Positions 31,299-40,552 of a stretch of 54,646 nucleotides of DNA are shown piece by piece. The DNA lies in IMG/VR virus record IMGVR_UViG_3300045988_087663, positions 1 through 54,646 of that record; one strand, 5' to 3'. The position numbers and the translations under genes were made by a program. The notes under the pieces were generated by a model, which was not told the DNA's origin, did not search any database, and saw only the letters and a list, made by a program, of their open reading frames with translations. This stretch comes from a virus. Within the stretch, counting starts at the first letter, position 1, and each line of letters starts with the position of its first letter.

Positions 31299-32547
31299 AG
31301 GTAGACCACTTTCCAAATGTATTGGAAAAGCATTTTATAGTGTGCATAAGGATATACAATCTGGAAGACATACCTATTATGATTTGACTGGCGGGCGTGG
31401 TTCATTGAAATCTTCCTTTGTGTCTATAGAAATAATTTATAATATGATGAAAAAGGAAAATGCTAAAAAACACGCAGTCATTTATAGAAAAGTTGGAGAT
31501 ACATTAGAGACTTCTGTATTTTCACAGATCGAATGGGCCGTTGATATTTTAGGTGTAAATCATCTATGGAAACTAACTAAATCACCAATGAGAGCCGAAT
31601 ATCTGCCAACCGGACAAAAGATCATATTCAAAGGATTAGACAAAGCCGCTAAGTCAAAGTCAATCAAAGTACCGTTTGGATATATAGGTTATCTTTGGTT
31701 CGAGGAATTTGACGAATTTGCTGGAGAAGAAGAAATCCGTAAAGTACAGCAATCTGTCATTCGTGGTGGTAATGATTTCGTTGTATTCAAATCAATGAAC
31801 CCGCCAAAGTCCAGACAAAACTGGGCAAATGATTATATAGAGAAAGAGAAGTTGCGAGAAGATACACTTGTATCTCAAACAACCTATCTAACATCCCCTA
31901 TAGAGTGGCTGGGTCAACAGTTCATAGATGATGCTGAATGGCTTAAAATGGTAAATCCAAAAGCATATGAGCATGAATATCTTGGAATACCCGTTGGCAA
32001 TGGTACAGAAGTATTTGACAATCTTGAAATCAGGCAGATAACCGATGCTGAAATAGCAAGCTTTGATAGATTGTATAGAGGTGTAGACTGGGGATGGTTT
32101 CCAGACCCGTTCCATTATGGTTGTATGCACTATGATTCTGCAAGGATGACTTTGTATATCTTTGAAGAATTCCGGACAAACAAAATGAGGAATAGCGAAA
32201 CAGGAAAAATTCTCAAAGATAAATTCAAACTTGGAAGATATGATGTAGTAACTTGTGATAGCGCTGAGAATAAGTCCATAGCAGATTATAGAAGCTATGG
32301 AATAAATGCAAGAGGAGCAGAAAAAGGCCCTGATAGTGTAAGATATGGCATGAAGTGGTTGCAATCTCTTATAAAGATTGTTATAGACCCTGTAAGATGC
32401 CCGGAAACTGCTAAAGAATTTAAGAAATACGAGTATGAATTGGATAAAGATGGCAATCCTACTTCGGTATATCCAGATGCTGATAACCACAGCATTGATA
32501 TGACAAGATACGCAATGGAGAAAGTATGGAAGAGAAGGGGAGCATAA
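31282..32547 (+). CDS. terL: Terminase large subunit (PBSX/XtmB-like)
   Basis: YYDLTGGRGSLKSSF (Walker A-like), LWFEEFDEF (Walker B), C-terminal nuclease region with D..D. Confidence 0.85.
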   Translation: MRKVIKGRPLSKCIGKAFYSVHKDIQSGRHTYYDLTGGRGSLKSSFVSIEIIYNMMKKENAKKHAVIYRKVGDTLETSVFSQIEWAVDILGVNHLWKLTKSPMRAEYLPTGQKIIFKGLDKAAKSKSIKVPFGYIGYLWFEEFDEFAGEEEIRKVQQSVIRGGNDFVVFKSMNPPKSRQNWANDYIEKEKLREDTLVSQTTYLTSPIEWLGQQFIDDAEWLKMVNPKAYEHEYLGIPVGNGTEVFDNLEIRQITDAEIASFDRLYRGVDWGWFPDPFHYGCMHYDSARMTLYIFEEFRTNKMRNSETGKILKDKFKLGRYDVVTCDSAENKSIADYRSYGINARGAEKGPDSVRYGMKWLQSLIKIVIDPVRCPETAKEFKKYEYELDKDGNPTSVYPDADNHSIDMTRYAMEKVWKRRGA

Positions 32548-32564
32548 AAGAAAGGAGATTATAA

Positions 32565-34118
32565 ATGATAAAAAAACTGTTAAACCTCATTTACGAAGCA
32601 ATAGAAAAGATGATTGGATATAAGTCAATCACGGATGCATTTGAACTAAACGATAACACTATATCCGATGAAATGTCGGATGCTTTTGAACTTTGGAAAT
32701 CAATATACAAGGACGAAAGTCCTTGGCTTGATGAGGACAAGGGTATCTATTCTCTAGGATTAGGAAAGCAGATCTGCCAGTCCTTACAGCAACAGACACT
32801 TTCCGAGATGGAAACATCAATTACAGAGCCTGGAGTGGATGATGAAATATCACAAGATCAGTTAGAGAAGGCAAACACAAGAGCTACATTTTTGAACGAA
32901 ATATATCAGAAAAGACTTATAAAGAAATTGCCAAGAGCATTTGAGAAAGCATTAGCACTTGGTGGAATGATTATAAAGCCGTATATGAGCAATGGACAGC
33001 TTTATCTTGATTTTAATTATCAAGGAGAATTCTACCCAATTACTTTTGATGATGAAGAGAACATTATTGACATTGCTTTTTTCGATCAGTTTACATCAGG
33101 AAAATATGTGTACACAAAAGTAGAACGGCAGACATTTTCACAGCAGAAAAATATGATCGTGATAGAAAACAAAGCTTTTAAAGCGCAGATCAATAAAGAC
33201 AATAGTGATGATACAGAACAAGATTTAGGAAAAGAGATACCTTTATCCTCTATTGAAAGATGGTCAGGTATCAGCGAAGAGCCAGTGGTTTTGGAAGATG
33301 TAGAAAAGCCTTTGTATGGTTTTTTCAAAGTTCCACTTGCAAACAACATTGATATGAAAAGCCCTTTGGGTATATCTATTTTTAGCCCTGCCCGCACTTT
33401 GATAAAAAAGGCAGATGAACAGTTCAGCCGCCTTGACTGGGAATATAAGGGAGGACAGCTTGCTATAGATGTAGACCCTACTGCTTTGACTTATACGGAT
33501 GGCTACTTTGGAACAAAAGCAGTAATGGACGATCTGCAAGATAGATTATATCGTCGACTTGATATGGGACAGGACGATACTTATAAGGCTTGGGCTCCTG
33601 GGTTAAGAGACACCAATTATATTCAAGGCCTGAATATTTACACAAATAAAATAGAGGATATGATTGGACTTGCAAGAGGTACACTTTCTCAAGTGGAAGC
33701 GGAAGCAAGAACAGCAACAGAGATCAAGCTGGTTAAGCAAAGAACATATATCACAGTTTCCGAATTACAATCAGCGTTAGAACAATGCCTTTTGGATGTG
33801 GTGTATGCGTTAAATGTGTTTGCAGAGCTGTATAATCTTGCTCCTGCTGGTGAGTACGATACCAATATTGATTGGAAAGACAGCATTTTGACAGATACAG
33901 ATACAGAATTGGAACATAGATTGACACTTCAAACCGCTGGTATTTTAAGCAAAGCAGAGGTTCGTGCATGGTACACAGGAGAATCTATAGAATCAGCACA
34001 GCTGGAGATTGATAAGATGCAAGAACAAGCACAACAGAACATGATGAATGACCTTTTTAGTTCGCCAGGAACTAGTGACAATTCTTTAGAATCTAATCCT
34101 GATCAAAATGAGGAGTGA
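32565..34118 (+). CDS. Portal protein (SPP1 gp6-like)
   Basis: 517 aa, directly after terL. Size and position are typical. Confidence 0.75.
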   Translation: MIKKLLNLIYEAIEKMIGYKSITDAFELNDNTISDEMSDAFELWKSIYKDESPWLDEDKGIYSLGLGKQICQSLQQQTLSEMETSITEPGVDDEISQDQLEKANTRATFLNEIYQKRLIKKLPRAFEKALALGGMIIKPYMSNGQLYLDFNYQGEFYPITFDDEENIIDIAFFDQFTSGKYVYTKVERQTFSQQKNMIVIENKAFKAQINKDNSDDTEQDLGKEIPLSSIERWSGISEEPVVLEDVEKPLYGFFKVPLANNIDMKSPLGISIFSPARTLIKKADEQFSRLDWEYKGGQLAIDVDPTALTYTDGYFGTKAVMDDLQDRLYRRLDMGQDDTYKAWAPGLRDTNYIQGLNIYTNKIEDMIGLARGTLSQVEAEARTATEIKLVKQRTYITVSELQSALEQCLLDVVYALNVFAELYNLAPAGEYDTNIDWKDSILTDTDTELEHRLTLQTAGILSKAEVRAWYTGESIESAQLEIDKMQEQAQQNMMNDLFSSPGTSDNSLESNPDQNEE

Positions 34119-34123
34119 TGTGA

Positions 34124-35227
34124 ATGGCTATAGCAGATGATGAATTAACTAACATTGCTTTTAGAATAGCGGACAGGTTCGAAAAAGTAAATATCTTTTA
34201 TCTTTCAAAAATGGCGGAACAGATAAAAGAAATAGGTAAATTAGATCAGGACAATATGCACAGGTTGGAGCAAATGGCAAAAATGGGTAACAACATTGAG
34301 GAGATCAATCTGTACCTATCAAAACAATCTGGACTAGCCTTACAAGAGATATATAAGCTGTATGATCGTAGTGCAGAAGAAATATATAAGGATGTGGCGT
34401 ATCTATATAAGCATAGAGGAATCACTCAACCTTCTTTTTCAAAGAACATCGCAATACAGAATTATATAGCTTCTGTAAAAAATTTAACTGCAGGAACTTT
34501 TGCTAATATGTCCAATACCACAAATATATCCAACGACTACAGAGATGCTATTGACTTAGCAATAGACACAGTGGCTACAGGAATGGACAGTTATCAAGAA
34601 GTATTGCAAAAAATAGTAGCCGATAAATCTGCCAAAGGTGCCAGGGTTCAGTATTCAAGTGGAAGAACACGAAGATTGGATAGTGCGGCGAGAATGAACA
34701 TTTTAGAAGGAGTTCGTCAAGTCAACTATGGTGTAAGATTAGAAGCAGGCAGACAATATGGTGCGGATGGAGTTGAGATTGATGCTCATGGATTATGTGC
34801 AGAAGACCATTTGCCTTATCAGGGTCTTCAATATAGTCTTTCTAAATATCATAGTATTAACGATTCTTTGAAACGACACTTCGGCACTTGTAACTGTAAG
34901 CATGGAATATCCTATATAGTTCTAGGAATATCTCCTCCAGCATACACACAGAAAGAACTAAAGAGTATGCAGGATTTTTCAAAAGAAAAAATTGAACTGA
35001 ATGGAACTAAAATAACACGATATGAAGCGAGCCAGACAATGAGAAATCTGGAAACTAAAATGAGATATGCACAGGAAAAGATCATGGCTTTGAATAAAGC
35101 TGGGTTTGATACAGAGAAGCAAGAAAAACAGCTGAAAAAGTTAAAACAAGCTTATTTTTATACAGCAAAACAAGCAAATCTACGAAAACAATGGGATAGA
35201 GCAAGTGTTCCTGGGTATAAGCTGTAG
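34124..35227 (+). CDS. Head morphogenesis / minor capsid protein (SPP1 gp7 / MuF-like)
   Basis: 367 aa following the portal gene. Confidence 0.65.
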   Translation: MAIADDELTNIAFRIADRFEKVNIFYLSKMAEQIKEIGKLDQDNMHRLEQMAKMGNNIEEINLYLSKQSGLALQEIYKLYDRSAEEIYKDVAYLYKHRGITQPSFSKNIAIQNYIASVKNLTAGTFANMSNTTNISNDYRDAIDLAIDTVATGMDSYQEVLQKIVADKSAKGARVQYSSGRTRRLDSAARMNILEGVRQVNYGVRLEAGRQYGADGVEIDAHGLCAEDHLPYQGLQYSLSKYHSINDSLKRHFGTCNCKHGISYIVLGISPPAYTQKELKSMQDFSKEKIELNGTKITRYEASQTMRNLETKMRYAQEKIMALNKAGFDTEKQEKQLKKLKQAYFYTAKQANLRKQWDRASVPGYKL

Positions 35228-35248
35228 TTATTAACATTTTATCAACAA

Positions 35249-35286
35249 AGTTATCAACAATTATAGTTGGTAACTTTGTTTTTTGT
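35249..35286 (+). terminator. Rho-independent terminator built from a TTATCAACA-type inverted pair
   Basis: AGTTATCAAC-AATTATA-GTTGGTAACT followed by TTGTTTTTT. Confidence 0.7.
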
Positions 35287-35314
35287 TGTTAGTTATCAAC
35301 AATTTGTGTATAAT
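35286..35314 (+). promoter_or_regulatory. Sigma-A-type promoter (TTGTTA-17-TATAAT) with TTATCAACA in the spacer
   Basis: -35 35286-35291, -10 35309-35314. Confidence 0.55.
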
Positions 35315-35378
35315 TTGTGTGTAAGTTAAGTTATCAACAAGTTATACACAAACTACTAACATTTTCACAAAAAACTAC

Positions 35379-35407
35379 TTTACAAATGTTGATAGTTTGT
35401 GTATAAT
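35379..35407 (+). promoter_or_regulatory. Sigma-A-type promoter (TTTACA-17-TATAAT) with an inverted box in the spacer
   Basis: -35 35379-35384, -10 35402-35407. Followed by 5' hairpin AACCCG-GAAAG-CGGGTT 35427-35443. Confidence 0.6.
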
Positions 35408-35478
35408 ATGTTTATAAGTAATCCACAACCCGGAAAGCGGGTTAAATAAATCATTTTAGATTATAGGAGGAAAGGTAA

Positions 35479-36123
35479 ATGACTAACATTTATGAGATTT
35501 TCAAAAAATTTGGCATAACACTGCCAGAGGACAAAAAAGAAGAATTTGACAAAGTGTTGGCGGAGAATTATAAGACAGTAAATGAAGTCAATAATTTGAA
35601 AACAACGCTGGAGAAAGCCAAGCAGGACGCTGAGACTTACAAGAATAAGTATGATTCCGATATACAGCAGAGGGATGCAGATATAAAAGATTTGCAAACC
35701 AAGCTGAATGCTGCAGGCACAGATTCGGAAAAGTTGAAGAGTTTACAAAAAGACTTTGAAACATTGCAGTCCACTTATGACACAGCTAAAACAGATTATG
35801 AAAAGCAGTTGGCTAAACAAGCCTATGAGTTTGCTGTCCAGAGGAAAGTGTCTGACATAAAGTTTTCATCAAATTCAGCAAAAAAAGCATTTATTGCGGA
35901 TGCATTGAAAGAGGAAATGAAGCTCAAAGATGGTGAATTGCAAGGATTTGACGAATTTTTGGAATCTTATAAAAAGTCAGATGCTGGTGCCTTTGTAACA
36001 GAGAATAAAGATGATCCTAAACCTGATGATACACCGAAGCCACAGTTTGCATCAAAATCAACAGGGAAGGATCCGGAACCACCGCAGAAACCAGAGAAAC
36101 AGGAAAGACCAAGGATTTGGTAA
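35479..36123 (+). CDS. Scaffolding protein (phage GP20-like)
   Basis: MTNIYEIFKKFGITLPEDKKEEFDKVLAENYKT.., coiled-coil, immediately upstream of the capsid gene. Confidence 0.7.
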   Translation: MTNIYEIFKKFGITLPEDKKEEFDKVLAENYKTVNEVNNLKTTLEKAKQDAETYKNKYDSDIQQRDADIKDLQTKLNAAGTDSEKLKSLQKDFETLQSTYDTAKTDYEKQLAKQAYEFAVQRKVSDIKFSSNSAKKAFIADALKEEMKLKDGELQGFDEFLESYKKSDAGAFVTENKDDPKPDDTPKPQFASKSTGKDPEPPQKPEKQERPRIW

Positions 36124-36146
36124 GTATTAAGTAAAGGAGATTAGAA

Positions 36147-37262
36147 ATGGCAAGAATAACATCTTTAAGCGTTCTTTTAGACCCAGATGGCAAAATGCTA
36201 TTAAGCGAAGCATACGATGGAGTCCTTGAGAATGTGCAGAAAGCGACAATTTCAGGACAGATCAAAAATACTGATCTTTCCGGAGACCCAGATGCCGGTA
36301 CTGTAGAAGCAAAGAGATTTGCAAATGCTACATCAAAGAAATACGGCACTGCTCGAACAAACGGAAAAGGCGATAATATCGAGGGTAAGCCAGTAACAGT
36401 TGCTATTGACCAGGATCGAGAGTTTATAGAGGAAATATCTCAGAAAGATATTTCTTTGTTAGGAGTAGACGGTTTGATCGCTAAACGATCTGCAAATCAC
36501 GCTATGCGAATGGCGGCAGAATTAGATTCTGAATTTTTCAAGGAGGGTGTAAAAGAAGGAACACAGTTCACACCGTCCTCCGGAACAACAGCAATCCAGG
36601 ATATTCTGGAAGAGGCTATTGTTACACTGGAAACATTGCAAAATGATTATATCGACGGTGTTGATCGCTCACTGATGTCTATACAGTGTACTCCACAGGT
36701 TTACAGCAAGATCAGAAAGTACCTGGATGAAGAGACCAATAATGCAAATGTAGATACAGCGGCTGAAACATTCCAGACCTATCACGGTGTAAGAATCATG
36801 TCGACTGTAAGACTTCCACAAGGATGTAGCTTTATCCTTCAGGTTGATGGATCTATTGCACAGCCGGTTAAAAGTACACCGTATTCAGCAGAAAAAATCC
36901 CGCTGTCAGAGGATATGGCAGTTGAGCTTTTCTTCTACTATGGTACAAAGGTTGTTACTCCGGAAACAATCTTGTACTATGCACCAGGCGGAGTAATGAC
37001 AGTTACATCCGAAGCAGGAACATCTTCTGGTAAAACAAAGATTTCTGTAGCTCCGGGTAAACTGAACAGCGCAAACACTTATTCTTACAAGGTAGATGAT
37101 TCCGTTGATATTCCTTCTTTGCAATCTACAGTTAGCGGATATACTACCTGGGATGGTTCGTCTGAAATTGAAGCCACTAGCAATAAAGAAATCGTTGTTG
37201 TAGAACTGGATTCTTCCAGCAAAGTTGTTCGTGTAGGTAAGACGAAAGTAACATCTGCATAA
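36147..37262 (+). CDS. Major capsid protein with C-terminal Ig-like extension
   Basis: 371 aa, position after the scaffold gene, strong RBS. The C-terminal 90 aa are Ser/Thr/Val-rich and beta-like. Confidence 0.7.
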   Translation: MARITSLSVLLDPDGKMLLSEAYDGVLENVQKATISGQIKNTDLSGDPDAGTVEAKRFANATSKKYGTARTNGKGDNIEGKPVTVAIDQDREFIEEISQKDISLLGVDGLIAKRSANHAMRMAAELDSEFFKEGVKEGTQFTPSSGTTAIQDILEEAIVTLETLQNDYIDGVDRSLMSIQCTPQVYSKIRKYLDEETNNANVDTAAETFQTYHGVRIMSTVRLPQGCSFILQVDGSIAQPVKSTPYSAEKIPLSEDMAVELFFYYGTKVVTPETILYYAPGGVMTVTSEAGTSSGKTKISVAPGKLNSANTYSYKVDDSVDIPSLQSTVSGYTTWDGSSEIEATSNKEIVVVELDSSSKVVRVGKTKVTSA

Positions 37263-37275
37263 GGAGTGATGGATC

Positions 37276-37452
37276 ATGGAAATACAGTTGCCAACCGGGG
37301 TCATTTTAACAGTGCATAACAAATCCGTAGCACAGCAGTATTTGAAACACGGTGCTACGGAAGTAGTTACAGAACCAGTTAAGAAGACTCCTAAAAAAAG
37401 ATCAGCTAATAAGTCAGCGACTAAGGTTGCCTCCGCCTCAGAAGCTGAGTAA
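37276..37452 (+). CDS. Small hypothetical protein (58 aa, basic C-terminus)
   Basis: ATG 37276 after AAGGAGTG. Not in the ORF track (below the length cutoff). Confidence 0.5.
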   Translation: MEIQLPTGVILTVHNKSVAQQYLKHGATEVVTEPVKKTPKKRSANKSATKVASASEAE

Positions 37453-37461
37453 TGGAAGGGG

Positions 37462-37881
37462 ATGTGTTCTTTGAATTATTTGACATTTGACGAATATCAG
37501 AAGTTGAATGGGAAGTGTACAGAGGATGCATTCCCATTATTACAATTTGAGGTAGAATCTAAGATGGATTATATCACTTCTGGTAATTTGTCAAAATTTA
37601 TAAAAAATATGACAGAAATTCCAGAATCCATTAAAATGACTGAGGCAAAACTTTTAGATATACAATTTGAGGTGAACAATTTAAGCAATTCAGGAGTTGG
37701 AATCACTTCCTATAGCAATGGCATAGAAACATTTGGATATGATACATCTAAAGACTTGGAAAAGTCCGTTTCTGAACGCTTTTGCACGATCATGATGGAG
37801 TATCTATACCCGAAATACCCAGAACTATTCTATAGAGGGAGGTGGGTAAGATTTGAGAGGAAAAATAACGCTTCTGAATAA
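37462..37881 (+). CDS. Head-tail connector/adaptor candidate
   Basis: Position. N-terminus ..NYLTFDEYQKL is typical of gp6-like connectors. TTG 37471 is an alternative start. Confidence 0.5.
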   Translation: MCSLNYLTFDEYQKLNGKCTEDAFPLLQFEVESKMDYITSGNLSKFIKNMTEIPESIKMTEAKLLDIQFEVNNLSNSGVGITSYSNGIETFGYDTSKDLEKSVSERFCTIMMEYLYPKYPELFYRGRWVRFERKNNASE

Positions 37882-38260
37882 GCTGAAAAGAAAAGATTCA
37901 GCCACAAATAGAGATGTATGGTACAAGACAATTTTAAACGATTGCGAATATGCCGTAACAAGCGTCTCAAATGTTTCAGGTACCACCGTATCAATGGGAC
38001 AGCAGTTCACAGTCTTAATCCCATTTACAGGTAAATATATTCCTTATAATGCTTGGAAAGATTTAGCTGATAAATCCGGTGTCTATACTTTAAGCTCTTC
38101 CGATACAATCATATTAGGAGAAGTGAAAGAAGAAGTAACGGATGGTAATGTAGTTACAATAAAAAACCAATATGAGCCGTTTACCTGCGACATTAGAAGT
38201 ATTCAGCAGGTTGATCGTAAGTTATCAGCAAATTTTGAATTCCGAGTAATGGGGGTTTGA
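37853..38260 (+). CDS. Head-closure / head-tail joining candidate
   Basis: TTG start after GAGGGAGGTGGG. Synteny. Confidence 0.45.
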   Translation: MRGKITLLNKLKRKDSATNRDVWYKTILNDCEYAVTSVSNVSGTTVSMGQQFTVLIPFTGKYIPYNAWKDLADKSGVYTLSSSDTIILGEVKEEVTDGNVVTIKNQYEPFTCDIRSIQQVDRKLSANFEFRVMGV

Positions 38261-38264
38261 TATT

Positions 38265-38609
38265 ATGGGTGTTACTATTGAAATAGAACCCGCACCAAAA
38301 ATAGTAAGCCATATACTTGATGATAAGGTTGGCAGATTTTCCGCAGAAACTTGGGGAAATGTTTTTAAGAAATATGTTCCAATGGATTCAGGTCTGTTAA
38401 GCTCAAGCTACACAACAGAACCTTGGAAAGTCAAATATGTGCAACCTTACTCACATTATCAGTGGCAAGGCATAAGCAAGACAGATCGCCTATTAAATTA
38501 TAGCAAGGAACAGCACCCTTTGGCTACAAGTCATTGGGAAGAAAAAGCATTTGCTGAAAACAAAGAAATGGTTGCTAAAGCCATAACAGAGTATATCAGG
38601 AGGAAATAA
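38265..38609 (+). CDS. Head-tail joining (HK97 gp10-like) candidate
   Basis: 114 aa. Synteny only. Confidence 0.45.
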   Translation: MGVTIEIEPAPKIVSHILDDKVGRFSAETWGNVFKKYVPMDSGLLSSSYTTEPWKVKYVQPYSHYQWQGISKTDRLLNYSKEQHPLATSHWEEKAFAENKEMVAKAITEYIRRK

Positions 38610-38610
38610 A

Positions 38611-39045
38611 ATGAATGATATTTATGAAAAGATAGCAGAGTGGTTGCTAAACTGCGAAAATATTGGATCTTATGTCTATTTTAATGTGATCCCATTGGAT
38701 GCAGGTTCCGCTTCTATCAATTCTAATTCCTCCAGCGTCACGATAAACACTTATAATGACGGATCAAAAGAAGTCAGATTATTGTTTTATGTGAATATCG
38801 TGAAAGACTATGACGAAGCTGGCACCAGTGATCTGAACTTTGAAGCAATGTCAATTTTTGATAAAATAATTAAATATGTTGAGGATCAAAATGAATCTGG
38901 ATCATATCCAGAATTAGGGGATAATATCACAGTCAGTGATATTGGTTGTGTGTATAAAGCCCCGGAAGTGTATGTGACAGATGATAATCCTAACATTGCA
39001 AGATATGAGGGACAATTTTATACTGAATATTTAGAAAGGAAGTAA
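38611..39045 (+). CDS. Tail completion candidate
   Basis: 144 aa. Synteny only. Confidence 0.4.
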   Translation: MNDIYEKIAEWLLNCENIGSYVYFNVIPLDAGSASINSNSSSVTINTYNDGSKEVRLLFYVNIVKDYDEAGTSDLNFEAMSIFDKIIKYVEDQNESGSYPELGDNITVSDIGCVYKAPEVYVTDDNPNIARYEGQFYTEYLERK

Positions 39046-39049
39046 TGAT

Positions 39050-39538
39050 ATGTCAGATGCTATGACTAAGTTGACCAGGAATCAGTTTATTCCATTTTTG
39101 GATGTTGATAAAGATTTGACCCTGGCCGCTTGTATATGGAAAAGAATAGACTTTTCCACAATTTTTGAACTTACAATAAACGAGCAGGAAGAGGATATGG
39201 ATTATATCTGCTATGCAAATGCAGTAACAGAGATTAACTCCAACAAACCGGAGCTTCCGCAGGAGATTGCTTGCTATGAAGGAAATGCTGTATATGATTT
39301 CTTGGCAAAAGAACTCTTTGACCTGCCGACTGGATCAGCAACAAAAGTTCCGTTTTTGATGTGTTTTGGTGGAACGGATAAGAGAGCTTGGAGAGGAATT
39401 GCTACACTTACATCAAAAGTATTAAATACTGTAGATGGTAAGATTACATTTTCTCTTAAAATCGGTGGTGATATTGAAAAAGGTACTTACACAATCGAGG
39501 ATGGTGCGCCATCTTTTACAAAGTCGTCTGCCGCATGA
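39050..39538 (+). CDS. Major tail protein candidate
   Basis: 162 aa, upstream of the chaperone-like genes and the tape measure. Confidence 0.5.
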   Translation: MSDAMTKLTRNQFIPFLDVDKDLTLAACIWKRIDFSTIFELTINEQEEDMDYICYANAVTEINSNKPELPQEIACYEGNAVYDFLAKELFDLPTGSATKVPFLMCFGGTDKRAWRGIATLTSKVLNTVDGKITFSLKIGGDIEKGTYTIEDGAPSFTKSSAA

Positions 39539-39603
39539 CTCAACACCTTCTAACAAATCTTTGAGAATGTATTTTAGTAGAAAATAAAAGGAGGCAAAAC
39601 ACA

Positions 39604-39978
39604 ATGAAAGATTATACTTATTACACACAGCAAGGAGATGCGGTTGCTCTTCCAAAATATACAATGGGTATTGCGGAAGAGATTGAGCAAGTAACACTTT
39701 TCTCAGATTCTGATGCAAGATTCCGGGATAAGCTAAAGAGAATGTATACTTTTCTCAGTTCTTTGCTTGGAGAATCAGAACTAGTGGATCTTATCGGGGA
39801 ATTTAAGGATGTGGATCCTAATGATGTGAATATCATGTTTTTAGGAATCGTGGATACTTACAATTCTCCGCTGACAACTTACAGCAATGACAAGATTGCT
39901 TCTAAAATTGATGAAAGTCAATTAAATAAAGTGGCACAGCTTGTCGAATCCACAGAAAAGCTGAAGGCATACAAATAA
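39604..39978 (+). CDS. Tail assembly chaperone candidate
   Basis: 124 aa acidic protein two genes upstream of the tape measure. Confidence 0.5.
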   Translation: MKDYTYYTQQGDAVALPKYTMGIAEEIEQVTLFSDSDARFRDKLKRMYTFLSSLLGESELVDLIGEFKDVDPNDVNIMFLGIVDTYNSPLTTYSNDKIASKIDESQLNKVAQLVESTEKLKAYK

Positions 39979-40541
39979 TGATTGATCTAAGCAGAAAAGG
40001 GCTCCCGGATTCTATAATAGTGTCTGGGAGTTTTGTTGAAATAAAAACAGATTTTAGATTCTGGCTCAATTTTTCGGAAAAAATGTCAGAAGAAGAAATT
40101 TCTATACAGGATCTTTTGGAATGTATACGATTTCCAATAGATTTTGAAATATGTACAAATCATATAGATGAAACAATGGAGCAAATAAAGCAGTTCATTG
40201 CTCCAAAAGAAGTCACACCAGTTGAGCATAATGTGACAGACACTACCAAAGTAATTGATTTTATCAAGGATGGAAGTTACATTTATGCATCATTCATGAG
40301 TTGTTACCATATTGATCTTGTAGATATAGAATATCTGCACTGGCATAAATTTTTGGCTTTATTTAATTCGTTGCCAGATAACTGCATGATAAAAAATATC
40401 ATCTATATGAGGAGTTACAAGAAAGACACAAGATCGGAAGAATCTGTACGAAAAGAATTAAAACGAATATGGTCATTCCCTAAAGAAGTAAGGGATTCAG
40501 AAGAAATGAAAGAAATAAACGATCTTTTTTATAACAGTTAG
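39978..40541 (+). CDS. Gp15-like protein (second chaperone-position gene)
   Basis: 187 aa directly before the tape measure. TAATG overlap. Confidence 0.45.
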   Translation: MIDLSRKGLPDSIIVSGSFVEIKTDFRFWLNFSEKMSEEEISIQDLLECIRFPIDFEICTNHIDETMEQIKQFIAPKEVTPVEHNVTDTTKVIDFIKDGSYIYASFMSCYHIDLVDIEYLHWHKFLALFNSLPDNCMIKNIIYMRSYKKDTRSEESVRKELKRIWSFPKEVRDSEEMKEINDLFYNS

Positions 40542-40552
40542 GAGGTGAAGCA

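Larger units (their letters stand above)
35239..35427. promoter_or_regulatory. Cluster of DnaA-box-like 9-mers
   Basis: TTATCAACA at 35239, 35251, 35293, 35331. TTATACACA 35342. Inverted CTATCAACA 35387-35395. TAATCCACA 35419-35427 (consensus TTATCCACA). Confidence 0.5.

Noticed and set aside
31888-32490. 200-aa ORF on the minus strand
   Set aside because: It lies entirely antisense to the well-supported terminase large subunit gene. It has a low-complexity Ile/Phe/Ser-rich translation and no RBS. It is typical shadow ORF of an AT-rich gene.
36147-37262. Elevated G+C in the capsid gene as a sign of foreign origin
   Set aside because: This is a highly expressed, Gly/Ala/Thr-rich structural gene in a conserved module position. 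The composition is explained by the amino-acid content.
36017-37322. Minus-strand ORFs 36017..36349 and 36906..37322
   Set aside because: They are antisense to the scaffold and capsid genes, which have strong RBSs and a conserved module order.
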